Of a DNA stretch of 13,891 bases, positions 1-7,665 are shown piece by piece (position 1 is the stretch's first letter; every line of letters starts with the position of its first letter). The DNA is from Fidelibacterota bacterium (lineage in GTDB: Bacteria; Fidelibacterota; Marinisomatia; Marinisomatales; TCS56): contig JBDRBK010000024.1 of assembly GCA_043822705.1 (NCBI GenBank), forward strand, positions 1 to 13,891, read 5' to 3'. The notes under the pieces are model-generated. The model searched no databases. It saw nothing but the letters and a program-made list of their open reading frames with translations, and had not been told where the DNA came from. The position numbers and the translations under genes were made by a program.

Positions 1-411
1 GGGAAATTCCGGAAGAAAATTTCCACCTTCATCGATTATTACGATTCCATCGCCATTACCAACAAGGATACCGTACGAATCAATCAGGGCGTGCGCGACC
101 CCTATTCCCTGTTTTATTATTTGCGCACCCGGCCACTTGAAGACGGACAGACCCTGGAATTAACGACTTTTGACAACAATAAGTCCACCGGTTTCACGGT
201 TGAAATCAAGGGTGGTGAAAAAGTCCGGGTGCCGGCCGGGACTTTCTCCTGCCTGGCAATCAAACCCTACCGAAAAGGGCCGCATTTGTTCAAGAACCAG
301 GGTGACATGGAAATCTGGCTGAGCGACGACACCCGGCGCATTCCGGTGCAGATACATATCAAACTGAAATACGGCTTGCTGGTACTGCGCCTGAAAAACA
401 TCGCTTCCTGA
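1..411 (+). CDS. DUF3108-like protein, C-terminal part (5'-truncated by window edge)
   Basis: Frame 1 is open from base 1 (GKFRKKISTFIDYYDSIAITNKDTVRINQGVRDPYSLFYYLR...) to TGA at 409-411, so the GTG at 91 is internal. Motifs D-x-x-S-x-x-Y-Y-L-R, EKVRVPAGTFSC and IWLSDDTRRIPVQI are typical of DUF3108 C-termini. Confidence 0.75.
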   Translation, partial: GKFRKKISTFIDYYDSIAITNKDTVRINQGVRDPYSLFYYLRTRPLEDGQTLELTTFDNNKSTGFTVEIKGGEKVRVPAGTFSCLAIKPYRKGPHLFKNQGDMEIWLSDDTRRIPVQIHIKLKYGLLVLRLKNIAS

Positions 412-522
412 CCCGGCCCCAGTCCCTGGCCGGACCGCAACTGGCAGTAGTATTCTATTCCCAACGACAGTATTTTCAGCGGTTAAAAAACCACTAACTT
501 CGACTTTGGGGAGTACAAGCAA

Positions 523-1272
523 GTGAATAATTATTTCAGCACCGATTATTCCGGGGGTCCGTTCGTGTTCTTTACCGTACCGCATTGGACTGCATTGGCG
601 ATTCTGTGCGCTATCTATGCCGGGCTATATCTGGCACGGGATTATTTCAAGCGGCCGCAAATCGACCTGTATACCCGTTACGTTCTGGCGGTACTGTTAA
701 TCCTTCAGGAGTTATCACTGAATATCTGGCGCTTGGCCGGCGGTGCCTGGTCCGTCGCCACCTCCCTGCCGCTGCATCTCTGCGGTGTGGCCGTCATTCT
801 TTCCGCCATCATGCTGATCAACAAAAATTATAAATTGTTCGAACTGTGCTATTTCTGGGGACTGGGCGGCGCCATTCAGGCGCTGTTGACTCCCGATATC
901 GGCGCTTACGGCTACCCGCATTTCCGTTATTTCCAGTTTTTCTTTTCCCACGGATTGATAATTCTGGCCAGCCTCTACCTGGTCTTCATCAGCGGCTACC
1001 GGCCGACCCAGCGTTCGATCTGGCGGGTATTCTATGTAACCAATTTATATATGATTTTCATCGCCCTGTTCAACTGGCTGACGGGCGCCAATTACCTGTT
1101 TATCTGTTACAAGCCGGTGGACGGCTCGCTGATCGATTTTATGGGTCCCTGGCCCTGGTATATCCTGTCGCTGGAGGTCGTCGCGGTATTGTCCTTCTAT
1201 ATTTACTATTCGCCGTTTGCGTTCAGAGACGGAATTCACTGGCTCCGTTTCAGACCGGACCGGGATAGTTGA
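523..1272 (+). CDS. YwaF/TIGR02206-type integral membrane protein (TMEM164 family, putative acyltransferase)
   Basis: GTG start with a GGGAG SD about 9 nt upstream. About 6-7 hydrophobic segments. Family motifs LPLHLC, ALLTPD, FFxxH, ANYLFI and GPWPWY are present. Confidence 0.85.
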   Translation: MNNYFSTDYSGGPFVFFTVPHWTALAILCAIYAGLYLARDYFKRPQIDLYTRYVLAVLLILQELSLNIWRLAGGAWSVATSLPLHLCGVAVILSAIMLINKNYKLFELCYFWGLGGAIQALLTPDIGAYGYPHFRYFQFFFSHGLIILASLYLVFISGYRPTQRSIWRVFYVTNLYMIFIALFNWLTGANYLFICYKPVDGSLIDFMGPWPWYILSLEVVAVLSFYIYYSPFAFRDGIHWLRFRPDRDS

Positions 1273-1297
1273 AATCCGGGGATACTTCCAACTAACA

Positions 1298-2470
1298 TCA
1301 GTTGGTAAATATCAGCTTCCAGATATCGTTGTACATGATGGTCAGGATCAGGACCATCAGCAGCGCCATGCCGATCTGCTGGATTACCATTCTGGTCCTG
1401 ATTGTCAACGACCGGCGGCGGATGCCTTCGATTATGGCGATCAGAATATGACCGCCGTCCAGACCGGGAATGGGCAGAATGTTAATAAACGCCAGATTGA
1501 CGCTGATCAGCGCCATGAATTGAACCAGGTAAACCCAACCTAATTGGGCGGCGTCGCCGGCGTACTGGGCGATGGCGATGGGACCACCGATATCCCGAAT
1601 GGATGCGCTGCCATCGGCAATCATTTTGATCGACAGAAAAATCAGACCAAAGCCGTTGATCGTGGAAATAGCACCAGCTTTCAGAGTCTCGCCGACGGAA
1701 GCCGGGCGGAAACTCCATTCCGGGGCGATCCCCAGCATGCCCACCGGTGCGTCGCCGCCGCGGGTCGGATCGACGCCGATCATAACCGGTTTTTCTATCA
1801 CCGTTCCCTGATGTTCCCAGCGCAAGGAAATTTCCCGGTTGGGCAGCGGCCGGATCATCCCGGTCATTTCATCCCAGGTCGTGACCGTGTGTCCATCGAT
1901 GGCCAGCAGCCGGTCACCCGGTTCCAATCCGATGGCCTGGGCCGGCAGGCCGTCCAGCAGGCTGCCGACCACCGGCTCATTCCGGACTTCGGGAATGCCG
2001 GTCACGCCGGTGATCCAGGTAAACAGAACAAAGGCCAGCACAATATTCATAATGACACCGGCACCCATGACCCAGGCCTGAGCCCACTTGGATTTGGACA
2101 TCAGTTCATAGGGCTCATGATTGATGTTAGTGTCCAGGCTTTCATCGATCATACCCGACATTTTTACATACCCGCCAAACGGAATCAGCGCCAGGGTGTA
2201 TTCGGTCAGGCTGCCCTTGCGGCCGGTTTTCCGGAAAAAGCACTGGTAGACCGGTTTCCAGATCAGGCGGCCGGACTCGTCGCGACCGAAAAAGAACAAT
2301 CGGAATTCCCAGCCGTTGGGAACCGAGGTCAGCGAAACCAGGCGCGGCGGCAACAGGATCGAGAATCTTTCGACCCGTACGCCCACCGAACGGGCCGCCA
2401 GATAATGGCCTAATTCATGAACAAAGACCAGTACCGTGATAACAATTACAAAGGCCATTAAGGTAATCAT
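1298..2470 (-). CDS. rseP: RIP metalloprotease RseP (site-2 protease, M50, single PDZ domain)
   Basis: HELGH zinc motif, IPFGGYVKM, GAGVIMN, a PDZ-like segment (PAQAIGLEPGDRLLAIDG), GGPIAIA and NILPIPGLDGGH (LDG motif). Lies downstream of dxr. Confidence 0.96.
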   Translation of the reverse strand: MITLMAFVIVITVLVFVHELGHYLAARSVGVRVERFSILLPPRLVSLTSVPNGWEFRLFFFGRDESGRLIWKPVYQCFFRKTGRKGSLTEYTLALIPFGGYVKMSGMIDESLDTNINHEPYELMSKSKWAQAWVMGAGVIMNIVLAFVLFTWITGVTGIPEVRNEPVVGSLLDGLPAQAIGLEPGDRLLAIDGHTVTTWDEMTGMIRPLPNREISLRWEHQGTVIEKPVMIGVDPTRGGDAPVGMLGIAPEWSFRPASVGETLKAGAISTINGFGLIFLSIKMIADGSASIRDIGGPIAIAQYAGDAAQLGWVYLVQFMALISVNLAFINILPIPGLDGGHILIAIIEGIRRRSLTIRTRMVIQQIGMALLMVLILTIMYNDIWKLIFTN

Positions 2471-2507
2471 AGTTTAACCATCACTTTTCAAGGGTATTAT
2501 GAAAATC

Positions 2508-2537
2508 AGCATATTGCAACCGGCATGATAATATCAA
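2508..2537 (-). promoter_or_regulatory. Possible sigma70-type internal promoter for rseP
   Basis: On the minus strand, TTGATA (2537-2532), an 18-nt spacer and TATGCT (2513-2508) lie in the AT-rich ~99-nt dxr-rseP gap. The palindrome TGATA-A-TATCA (2526-2536) overlaps the -35 element. Confidence 0.3.
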
Positions 2538-2569
2538 TGCGTCGAAAAAACGGAAGTTTCAGAAGTAAA

Positions 2570-3709
2570 TTATTCATTAATAAATTTCTCGCACCAGCAT
2601 TCCAGCCGTCTGATATCTTCCAGTTCCGGCTGCTCCAGCCACTCATGAAGGGAAAGGGCCCGCTCGATCAGGTCTGGGATAGCGCTGAAAGATATCTCTT
2701 CCCGCAGAAACCGGTAAACGGCCTGTTCGTTGGCCACATTCAACACCGCCGGCGCCGTTCCACCCTGTTCCAGGGCAGCGTATGCCAGTCGCAGGCAGGG
2801 AAATTTTTCGCGGTCCGGTGCTTCGAATGTCAGCTTGCCCTGCCGAATCAGATCCAGGTTCTCCCAGCCGGCCGGGCGGTGGCGGGGATAGGTCAGGGCA
2901 TACTGGATCGGCACGCGCATATCCGGACGACCCAGTTGGGCTTTGACCGATCCGTCCGCAAATTCCACCAGCGAATGGATGATCGATTCGGGATGGATGA
3001 CAATGTCGATCCGGTCGGCCGGCAGACCAAAGAGCCAAAAAGCTTCGATCACTTCCAGCCCCTTGTTCATCATCGTAGCCGAATCAATCGTTATTTTTTT
3101 TCCCATGGTCCAATTGGGGTGCCGCAGCGCTTCGGCCGGAGTAATCGTTGCGAAGGTTTCCGGCGCGCGGGTGCGGAATGGTCCGCCGCTGCCGGTCAGG
3201 ATCAGCCGCCGGACATCGTCCATGTTTTCGCCGGCCAGGCATTGCCAGATCGCCGAATGCTCACTGTCCACCGGATAGATCGCCGCGCCCGTCTGCCGGC
3301 GCAGGCGTTCGATTATCGAGCCGGCCATCACCAGACTTTCCTTGTTACTGAGGGCAACATCCACACCGCCGCCGAGGGCGGCCAAGGTGGGTTCCATACC
3401 GGCCGAGCCAACCAGGCCGTTGAGCAGCAGATCAACATCGGTGCGGGCGGCCACCTCCAGCAAACCGGCAGTCCCGGTTAAAACAACAATGCCACTGCCG
3501 CGCAATTCTTTTTCAACGATTCGGGCGGCCGCATCATCGACAACTGCGACCTGTTCCGGCCGGTAACGCCGGGCTTGTTCGATCAGCAACGCGGCATTGC
3601 GGTTGGCGGTCAGGTTGACGATCCGGAATTCACCGGCAAGATTATCCACAACCTGCAACGCACTGGTACCGATCGAGCCGGTCGATCCCAGAATAGTCAA
3701 TCGCCGCAT
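2570..3709 (-). CDS. dxr: 1-deoxy-D-xylulose 5-phosphate reductoisomerase
   Basis: GSTGSIG NADPH-binding motif, NKESLV, PVDSEHSAI, GSGGPFR, HPNWTMGKKITIDSATMMNKGLE and PDMRVPI. Confidence 0.98.
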   Translation of the reverse strand: MRRLTILGSTGSIGTSALQVVDNLAGEFRIVNLTANRNAALLIEQARRYRPEQVAVVDDAAARIVEKELRGSGIVVLTGTAGLLEVAARTDVDLLLNGLVGSAGMEPTLAALGGGVDVALSNKESLVMAGSIIERLRRQTGAAIYPVDSEHSAIWQCLAGENMDDVRRLILTGSGGPFRTRAPETFATITPAEALRHPNWTMGKKITIDSATMMNKGLEVIEAFWLFGLPADRIDIVIHPESIIHSLVEFADGSVKAQLGRPDMRVPIQYALTYPRHRPAGWENLDLIRQGKLTFEAPDREKFPCLRLAYAALEQGGTAPAVLNVANEQAVYRFLREEISFSAIPDLIERALSLHEWLEQPELEDIRRLECWCEKFINE

Positions 3710-3711
3710 GG

Positions 3712-4425
3712 TTACTTAAACTCCCGCATAAAATCAAACGTAAGCACCGCAACCCGGGAATGCAACCGTAAATGCATCCCACAATTACCCGGTTTCAGTT
3801 TTTTTTGCCAGCCCAGGTATAGATAATTGGTTTGGCCGGTATAGCGCCGGTTATAGGCCGTATCGCTGTCCAGCGTCAAGCGGGCTGTGGTCAGATTCGT
3901 TCCGACTCCCAGGGTTACCGGCAGCCGCCAAACCAGATATTGGCGGTGTAACAGGATGTCGGTCAGACGAATCCAGATGTCGCGCGGTCCGCGCAGCACG
4001 GTGAAACCGGCAGCACAGACCCAGGGTTCTTGCTGGGGAGCGTTTTCCAGGAACAGGGTGGCGCCGTAGGAAGTGACCTGCACGATATCATTATCGGATT
4101 TGAAGCCGCCGATTTTACCGGTCAATACCATGTTGGTGGTGACCAGAAATCCCATTTCGACAGTCGGCAGCCAGCCGTTATCGATATCATTTTTTAGATC
4201 GAGGGGATTGCCGGCGGCGAGTCCGAGTCGCAGGCGAGCGGCGCTGTCAACTGAATGGAGCGGGTGGTGTCCCAGTGCCAGCCCGGAATTTTTTACGATC
4301 GTTGTCGACCGGGCGCCAAAACCGGGTCCGGTCAGTTCATCAAGGTCAAATTGATAATACTGGCCACAGGCGGTTGCCAAAATAGCCGGCAGGATAATCA
4401 AGCTGGAAAGGCGTCGAATAATCAT
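3712..4425 (-). CDS. Hypothetical secreted / putative outer-membrane beta-barrel protein (237 aa)
   Basis: The likely start is the ATG at 4425. The 4491 start in the ORF track overlaps lpxA and hides the signal peptide. The N-terminus MIIRRLSSLIILPAILATACG|Q looks like a signal peptide. Many alternating-hydrophobic strands follow, and the C-terminus is AVLTFDFMREFK. The stop lies 2 nt before the dxr ATG. Confidence 0.7.
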   Translation of the reverse strand: MIIRRLSSLIILPAILATACGQYYQFDLDELTGPGFGARSTTIVKNSGLALGHHPLHSVDSAARLRLGLAAGNPLDLKNDIDNGWLPTVEMGFLVTTNMVLTGKIGGFKSDNDIVQVTSYGATLFLENAPQQEPWVCAAGFTVLRGPRDIWIRLTDILLHRQYLVWRLPVTLGVGTNLTTARLTLDSDTAYNRRYTGQTNYLYLGWQKKLKPGNCGMHLRLHSRVAVLTFDFMREFK

Positions 4426-4462
4426 GCTATTTGAAAAATCGCGGCCGAAGTATCGGGAAGGT

Positions 4463-5236
4463 TCAGATGATGCCCCGTCCGGCGGCTTCAATGAAACTAA
4501 TAATTTGGTCGATTTCAGGAGTGGCGGGCAGTTCCGCTTTCAGTGTTTGCAGTGCTTCGGTCCGGGTACCGTGCGAACGGAAATAAATCCGATACGCGTG
4601 CTTGATCAAATTTCTGGTTTCATCGGAAAAACCGCGGCGCTGCAGACCAACCTTGTTGATGCCGGCATAACGCAGCGGCTCACCGGCGGCCAGTATGAAT
4701 GGCGGCACATCCTGGACCACCCGAAATCCACCGCCGATAAAGGAATGAGCGCCGATCCGGCTGAACTGATGCACCATCACCCCGCCGCCCAGCGAGGCCC
4801 AGTCGCCCACCGCCACATGCCCGCCCAGCGTCGCCTGATTAGCAAAGATAGCATTAGCGCCGACCTGGCAGTCGTGCGCGATATGCACGTAGGCCATCAG
4901 CAGGCAGTTGCTGCTGACCAGGGTTGTTCCGTGCGCCGCCGTGCCGCGATTGACGGTGCAGGATTCGCGGATCAGTACATTGTCGCCGATGATGACTTTG
5001 GTCGGTTCACCATTGTATTTCAGGTCCTGCGGTTCCGCCCCGATCGTGGTATTGTGGAAAATTCTGCATTCCCGGCCGATTGTAGTGTGGCCGTCGATGG
5101 TCACGAAGTTACCAATTTCGGTCCCGGCACCGATTTCCACGTCATCGCCGATTACCGAATAGGGGCCGATGACAACATCGTCGGCCAGGCGCGCCCGTGA
5201 ACCGACGATGGCAGTGGGATGAATCCGGGTAGAAAT
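4463..5236 (-). CDS. lpxA: Acyl-ACP--UDP-N-acetylglucosamine O-acyltransferase LpxA (257 aa, apparent ATT start)
   Basis: Hexapeptide repeats, IGAEPQDL, IRESCTVNRGT, HIAHDC (catalytic His), VHQF, DVPPF and NKVGLQRRGF. The frame extends upstream of the GTG at 5140 through the conserved IHPTAIV to an ATT at 5236-5234, which has a GGGAG SD 8 nt upstream. Confidence 0.96.
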   Translation of the reverse strand: MSTRIHPTAIVGSRARLADDVVIGPYSVIGDDVEIGAGTEIGNFVTIDGHTTIGRECRIFHNTTIGAEPQDLKYNGEPTKVIIGDNVLIRESCTVNRGTAAHGTTLVSSNCLLMAYVHIAHDCQVGANAIFANQATLGGHVAVGDWASLGGGVMVHQFSRIGAHSFIGGGFRVVQDVPPFILAAGEPLRYAGINKVGLQRRGFSDETRNLIKHAYRIYFRSHGTRTEALQTLKAELPATPEIDQIISFIEAAGRGII

Positions 5237-5238
5237 GG

Positions 5239-6642
5239 TTAGTTCTCCCGGCGATCGACCACGCGCGCCGTTAAAATCGCTTCGGCTACCAGCTTGTCAC
5301 CGACATAACTGCGGCCCACCAGCTTGGCCGTTCCCAGGCGGAATTTCTGCAATTCCATTTCGATTCTCAGCTGATCGCCGGGAATGACGGTAGCGCGAAA
5401 TCGGGCCTGTTCGATGCCGGTGATATACATATTCTTTTTATTGGGGTTATCCAGCGAATGGAGGATCAGAAAGGCGCCGGCCTGGGCCATGGCTTCGATG
5501 ATAATGACCCCGGGCATGACCGGCTGATGGGGAAAATGCCCCGGGAAAAACGGTTCGTTGACGGTCACATTTTTAACGGCCTGGACCCGCTCGCCGGGCA
5601 CCATATCGACAATCCGGTCCACCAGGATAAAGGGGAAACGATGGGGCAGCACATTCAGGACGCCCTGAATATCGAATAAATATTCATTAGCCACCCGTGC
5701 CTGAAACCGTTTCTGCAAAATTTTCTTTTCGTACTCTTTCTTGATCTTCTTGACCAGCTCGACATTGCTGGCGTGACCGCTGCGGGCGGCAATCACATGT
5801 CCGCGGATCGGAATCCCCAAAAGCGCCAGGTCACCGATCAGATCCAAGGCCTTATGGCGGACCGGTTCGTTGACAAAACGCAATTTTTTACCGTTCAGGA
5901 CACCATTCGCGCCCAGAATGATATCTTCCTCGATGCCAAAGGTATTCCGCAGGCGGTCGACTTCCTTGCGGTTGATCTCTTTATCAATAATGACCACGGC
6001 ATTATCCAGCGCCCCGCCTTTGATCAAGCCCTTGTCCTTCAATTCCTCGACCTCGCTTAAAAAGCAGAAGGTCCGGGCCGGGGCGATCTGGTCGGCGAAA
6101 TCCTTTTCCATGTTATAAATGGCCGTATACTGAGTCCCCAAAGTTTTGATTTTATAATCGATCATAAAGGTTACGCGGAACCGGTCGGAGGGCAGCACAT
6201 GGATATCGATACCGCGCTCGGGATCGGAATAGGTTATGGTCCGGTCGATTTCCAGCACCTCCCGCCGGGCATTCTGCTCGACAATTCCGGCCGTCAGCAG
6301 GGCATCGACAAATTCCTTGGCGCTGCCGTCGATCACCGGTGGCTCTTTTTCGGTCAATTCGATCAGTATATTATCGATCCGCAGGCCGGTCACAGCCGCC
6401 AGAACATGTTCGACGGTATGAACTTTTACACCGTTTTGCCGGATGGTCGTCCCGCGGGAAATATCCACGACATGATCGATATCGGCCTTGATTTCCGGAC
6501 AACCTTCGACATCGGTGCGTACGAAGCGGATTCCCGTATTGGAATCCGCCGGCTTAAAAGTGATCGTACACTCGACGCCTGTATGCAGTCCTTTGCCTAC
6601 GATAGAAACCGGCTTGGAAATGGTTCTTTGAAATTTACTCAT
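5239..6642 (-). CDS. lpxC-fabZ: Bifunctional LpxC (UDP-3-O-acyl-GlcNAc deacetylase) / FabZ (3-hydroxyacyl-ACP dehydratase) fusion
   Basis: The N-terminal part has LpxC motifs QRTI, GLHTG, TVEH, IAPARTF and HKALDLIGDL. The C-terminal part has FabZ motifs LPHRFPF, KNVTVNEPFFPGHFP and PGVIIIEAMAQ. It is one uninterrupted ORF whose start overlaps the lpxD end by 8 nt. Confidence 0.97.
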   Translation of the reverse strand: MSKFQRTISKPVSIVGKGLHTGVECTITFKPADSNTGIRFVRTDVEGCPEIKADIDHVVDISRGTTIRQNGVKVHTVEHVLAAVTGLRIDNILIELTEKEPPVIDGSAKEFVDALLTAGIVEQNARREVLEIDRTITYSDPERGIDIHVLPSDRFRVTFMIDYKIKTLGTQYTAIYNMEKDFADQIAPARTFCFLSEVEELKDKGLIKGGALDNAVVIIDKEINRKEVDRLRNTFGIEEDIILGANGVLNGKKLRFVNEPVRHKALDLIGDLALLGIPIRGHVIAARSGHASNVELVKKIKKEYEKKILQKRFQARVANEYLFDIQGVLNVLPHRFPFILVDRIVDMVPGERVQAVKNVTVNEPFFPGHFPHQPVMPGVIIIEAMAQAGAFLILHSLDNPNKKNMYITGIEQARFRATVIPGDQLRIEMELQKFRLGTAKLVGRSYVGDKLVAEAILTARVVDRREN

Positions 6643-7663
6643 CCTTTTGGTGGCTCAGGGCGGCAACCTTATCCTCTAATTTTAGTAACCGTTTTTTCAA
6701 CAATGCAACTGTTGTGATTATCGCATCCCGTTTGTTCTGTTCGCGAATTTCACGCACGGGCATACCGGCATAAATTTTTCCTCCGGGAATCGACTTGGTG
6801 ACGCCGGTTTTGGCGGCGCAGACAGCCCGGTCGCCGACGGTCAGATGGGGGGCAACCCCGACCTGCCCGGCAAAAATACAGAAATCACCGATCACCGTAC
6901 TGCCGGCAATCCCGACCTCGCCGGCCAACAGACAGCCTTTGCCAATTTTCACGTTGTGCGCGATATGGACCAGGTTGTCGAGTTTGCAGCCATCACCGAT
7001 AACGGTGGCGCCGATAGTGGCCCGGTCGATGGCACAGTTGGCCCCGATTTCCACGTCCGAGCCGACAAGCACCTGTCCGGTCTGGGGTATTTTATGGTGC
7101 TGATCGGCCACGGTAACAAAACCAAAGCCATCGCTGCCCAGCACGGTTCCGCTGTGAATGATCACCCGGTCGCCCAACTGGCAGTGATGATAAATCGTCA
7201 CCCGGGGATAAATCCGAGCATTTTGCCCGATCCTGGAATTCTGTCCGATGAAAGTATGGGCACCAATAATGGTCCCGTCGCCGATTTCGGCGCCCGATTC
7301 AATTACCGTATAGGGACCCACGGCAACCCCCGCTCCAATCCGGGTGGTAGGCGCGATAAGCGCTGTCGGGTGAATACCGACGGGCTGTTCCAGCAGTGGC
7401 TGAAACAACTCGAGCACCCGGGCAATCGCCAATTGGGGGTTTTCGACGATGATACCGGGGCGCCCTGCGAGCAAGTCGCGCTGATTGGTGATTATCGCGG
7501 CCGCCGGACAATCGGAAAGATATTGCCGGTACTTCGGATTACTCAGAAAGGTTATCGTCCCCGCCCGGCCATGCTGAATCTCGGAAACGCCAGCAATCTC
7601 CAGCCGTGCATCGCCGACCGGTTCACCGCTCACGAGCGTCGCGAGCTCTCCAAGTGTTGTCAA
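6635..7663 (-). CDS. lpxD: UDP-3-O-(3-hydroxyacyl)glucosamine N-acyltransferase LpxD
   Basis: TTG start 2 nt after the skp stop. Motifs ITFLSNPKY, IHPTALI hexapeptide repeats, GSDGFGF, KIPQTG, EIGAN, IDRAT and KLDNLVHIAHN (catalytic His). Confidence 0.97.
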   Translation of the reverse strand: MTTLGELATLVSGEPVGDARLEIAGVSEIQHGRAGTITFLSNPKYRQYLSDCPAAAIITNQRDLLAGRPGIIVENPQLAIARVLELFQPLLEQPVGIHPTALIAPTTRIGAGVAVGPYTVIESGAEIGDGTIIGAHTFIGQNSRIGQNARIYPRVTIYHHCQLGDRVIIHSGTVLGSDGFGFVTVADQHHKIPQTGQVLVGSDVEIGANCAIDRATIGATVIGDGCKLDNLVHIAHNVKIGKGCLLAGEVGIAGSTVIGDFCIFAGQVGVAPHLTVGDRAVCAAKTGVTKSIPGGKIYAGMPVREIREQNKRDAIITTVALLKKRLLKLEDKVAALSHQKDE

Positions 7664-7665
7664 AT

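Noticed and set aside
413..433. CCGGCC/GGCCGG hairpin after the DUF3108-like gene
   Set aside because: The stem is only 6 bp with a 9-nt loop and no U tract, which is too weak to call a terminator.
1266..1294. Imperfect inverted repeat (TAGTTG...CAACTA) at the convergent ywaF/rseP junction
   Set aside because: The stem is interrupted and AT-rich with no clear U tract on either strand, so a bidirectional terminator cannot be supported.
2540..2565. Sigma-E-like -35 element (GAAACTT, minus strand) upstream of rseP
   Set aside because: It is an imperfect match to GGAACTT and has no TCnAA/TCTGA-type -10 element at the right spacing.
3094..3806. A8 homopolymer runs (minus strand) in dxr (3094-3101) and the orphan gene (3799-3806) as phase-variation tracts
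   Set aside because: The runs are short, encode ordinary Lys-Lys codons, and leave both frames intact.
4426..4491. Upstream ATG (4491) for the orphan gene
   Set aside because: It overlaps the lpxA end and would place 22 polar residues ahead of the signal peptide. The ATG at 4425 fits better.
4463..5236. lpxA as a pseudogene or as part of a frameshifted lpxC-fabZ-lpxA triple fusion
   Set aside because: The frame and catalytic HIAHDC motif are intact. lpxC-fabZ ends at the normal FabZ length with a TAA, there is no obvious slippery sequence at the junction, and an SD precedes the ATT.
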